Of a stretch of DNA of 64,000 bases, positions 63,509 through 64,000 are shown piece after piece (the first letter of the stretch is position 1; the number at the start of each line of letters is the position of its first letter). Position numbers and translations under genes: made by a program. Below the pieces are notes generated by a model that was given only the letters and a program-made list of their open reading frames with translations, was not told the DNA's origin and did not search any database. Source of the stretch: Candidatus Woesearchaeota archaeon (GTDB taxonomy: Archaea > Nanobdellota > Nanobdellia > Pacearchaeales > GW2011-AR1); contig CAYNZD010000001.1 in assembly GCA_964401675.1 (NCBI GenBank), positions 12,007 to 76,006 of the forward strand, read 5' to 3'.

Positions 63509-64000
63509 CTCTTTTTCAGCAATGCCCTCATTCTTTTATCCAAATTATCTGTATAAGCTTCCTGATCACTTTCAGGCACATATAATTTATAACAGGCCAT
63601 CATATCAACTACGGCCAACATTGAATAAACACCCTCTCTTTCCTCTGCGCCATCTAATCGTGGATGGTTAGAATAATAAATCTCATCAAACAGCCCCGCG
63701 AGTTCATCTTTTCTTTTGAAGTTACCTTCAGGGCCAAAAAAATTAAGCCCAGTTCTAATGCCTTCCTCTTCCGAATTTCCTGCAGTCGCCCATTCGAAAT
63801 CAATAGCACCGGAAACACTCCCTTTGTTTATCATTATATTAGAAGGCTTAAAATCACCATGAATAAGTCTCGGTCTTATTAAATCAAAGGACGCATTATC
63901 TGCCTTTTTAGAAACCGCCTCAGCATAAGCTTCAAATTCCGTACCCCTAAGTCGTCCTAGTTCATAATTCAAGACAGTTTCAAATAAAGAATCATAATTT
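63505..64000 (-). CDS. aminoglycoside/choline-kinase-like phosphotransferase (APH fold). Partial: the N-terminus lies beyond the window end.
   Basis: The catalytic loop LIHGDFKPSNIMIN (HGD...N) and a DFE-like IDFEWA are present. The frame remains open to position 64000. The track start at 63972 is a TTG and is probably not the true start. Confidence 0.55.
   Translation of the reverse strand, partial: NYDSLFETVLNYELGRLRGTEFEAYAEAVSKKADNASFDLIRPRLIHGDFKPSNIMINKGSVSGAIDFEWATAGNSEEEGIRTGLNFFGPEGNFKRKDELAGLFDEIYYSNHPRLDGAEEREGVYSMLAVVDMMACYKLYVPESDQEAYTDNLDKRMRALLKKS

Noticed and set aside
1-64000. CRISPR array, rRNA genes and an integrase or transposase
   Set aside because: I scanned intergenic regions for regularly spaced direct repeats, rRNA-like conserved blocks and integrase or DDE motifs and found none. 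The only repeats are the three hairpin copies and a CA-rich tract.

Overview
This is a 64-kb window from an AT-rich archaeal chromosome. The archaeal assignment rests on the translation machinery: aIF2-gamma, aIF5B, ribosomal proteins S6e, L35Ae and L10e, archaeal-type GluRS, ProRS and AspRS, both GatDE and GatCAB amidotransferases, FtsZ, PEP synthase, and leaderless genes with a TATA box about 25-30 nt upstream. The small overlapping genes suggest a DPANN-like lineage, but that is inference. Most of the window is housekeeping, with several accessory regions.

The main observations are:
- **Skew switch at ~23.2-23.66 kb.** Codon third-position composition flips from T/G-rich to A/C-rich on the top strand, exactly at a decayed gene fragment and between two paralogous nucleotidyltransferase genes. 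This could be a replication terminus, an inversion breakpoint or a misassembly.
- **Uncharacterised cluster at 16.1-20.4 kb.** Three large genes of unknown function, including an endonuclease-IV-like TIM-barrel protein with a ~270-aa insertion and Gly/Tyr/Ser-rich tails.
- **Candidate integrated element at ~27.5-34.1 kb.** It carries a HerA/FtsK-like ATPase, secreted proteins, small zinc-ribbon and membrane proteins with strong Shine-Dalgarno sites, and a conserved hairpin repeat present three times.
- **Island next to tRNA-Arg at 40.8-49.96 kb.** It is compositionally heterogeneous and holds a GC-richer amino-acid permease, an RRM protein, a RelE-like toxin pair, a Cys-rich acidic surface protein and a nine-gene minus-strand cassette. 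The cassette contains five tandem paralogous small HTH genes, a zinc-ribbon PD-(D/E)XK nuclease and an HTH-plus-unknown-domain protein.
- **Smaller oddities.** A Dph2-like N-terminal fragment is coupled to a PLD-family gene, a NYN-nuclease gene sits inside an Fe-S/FAD oxidase operon, and the gat operon reads gatC-nudix-gatA.

No CRISPR array and no rRNA were seen.
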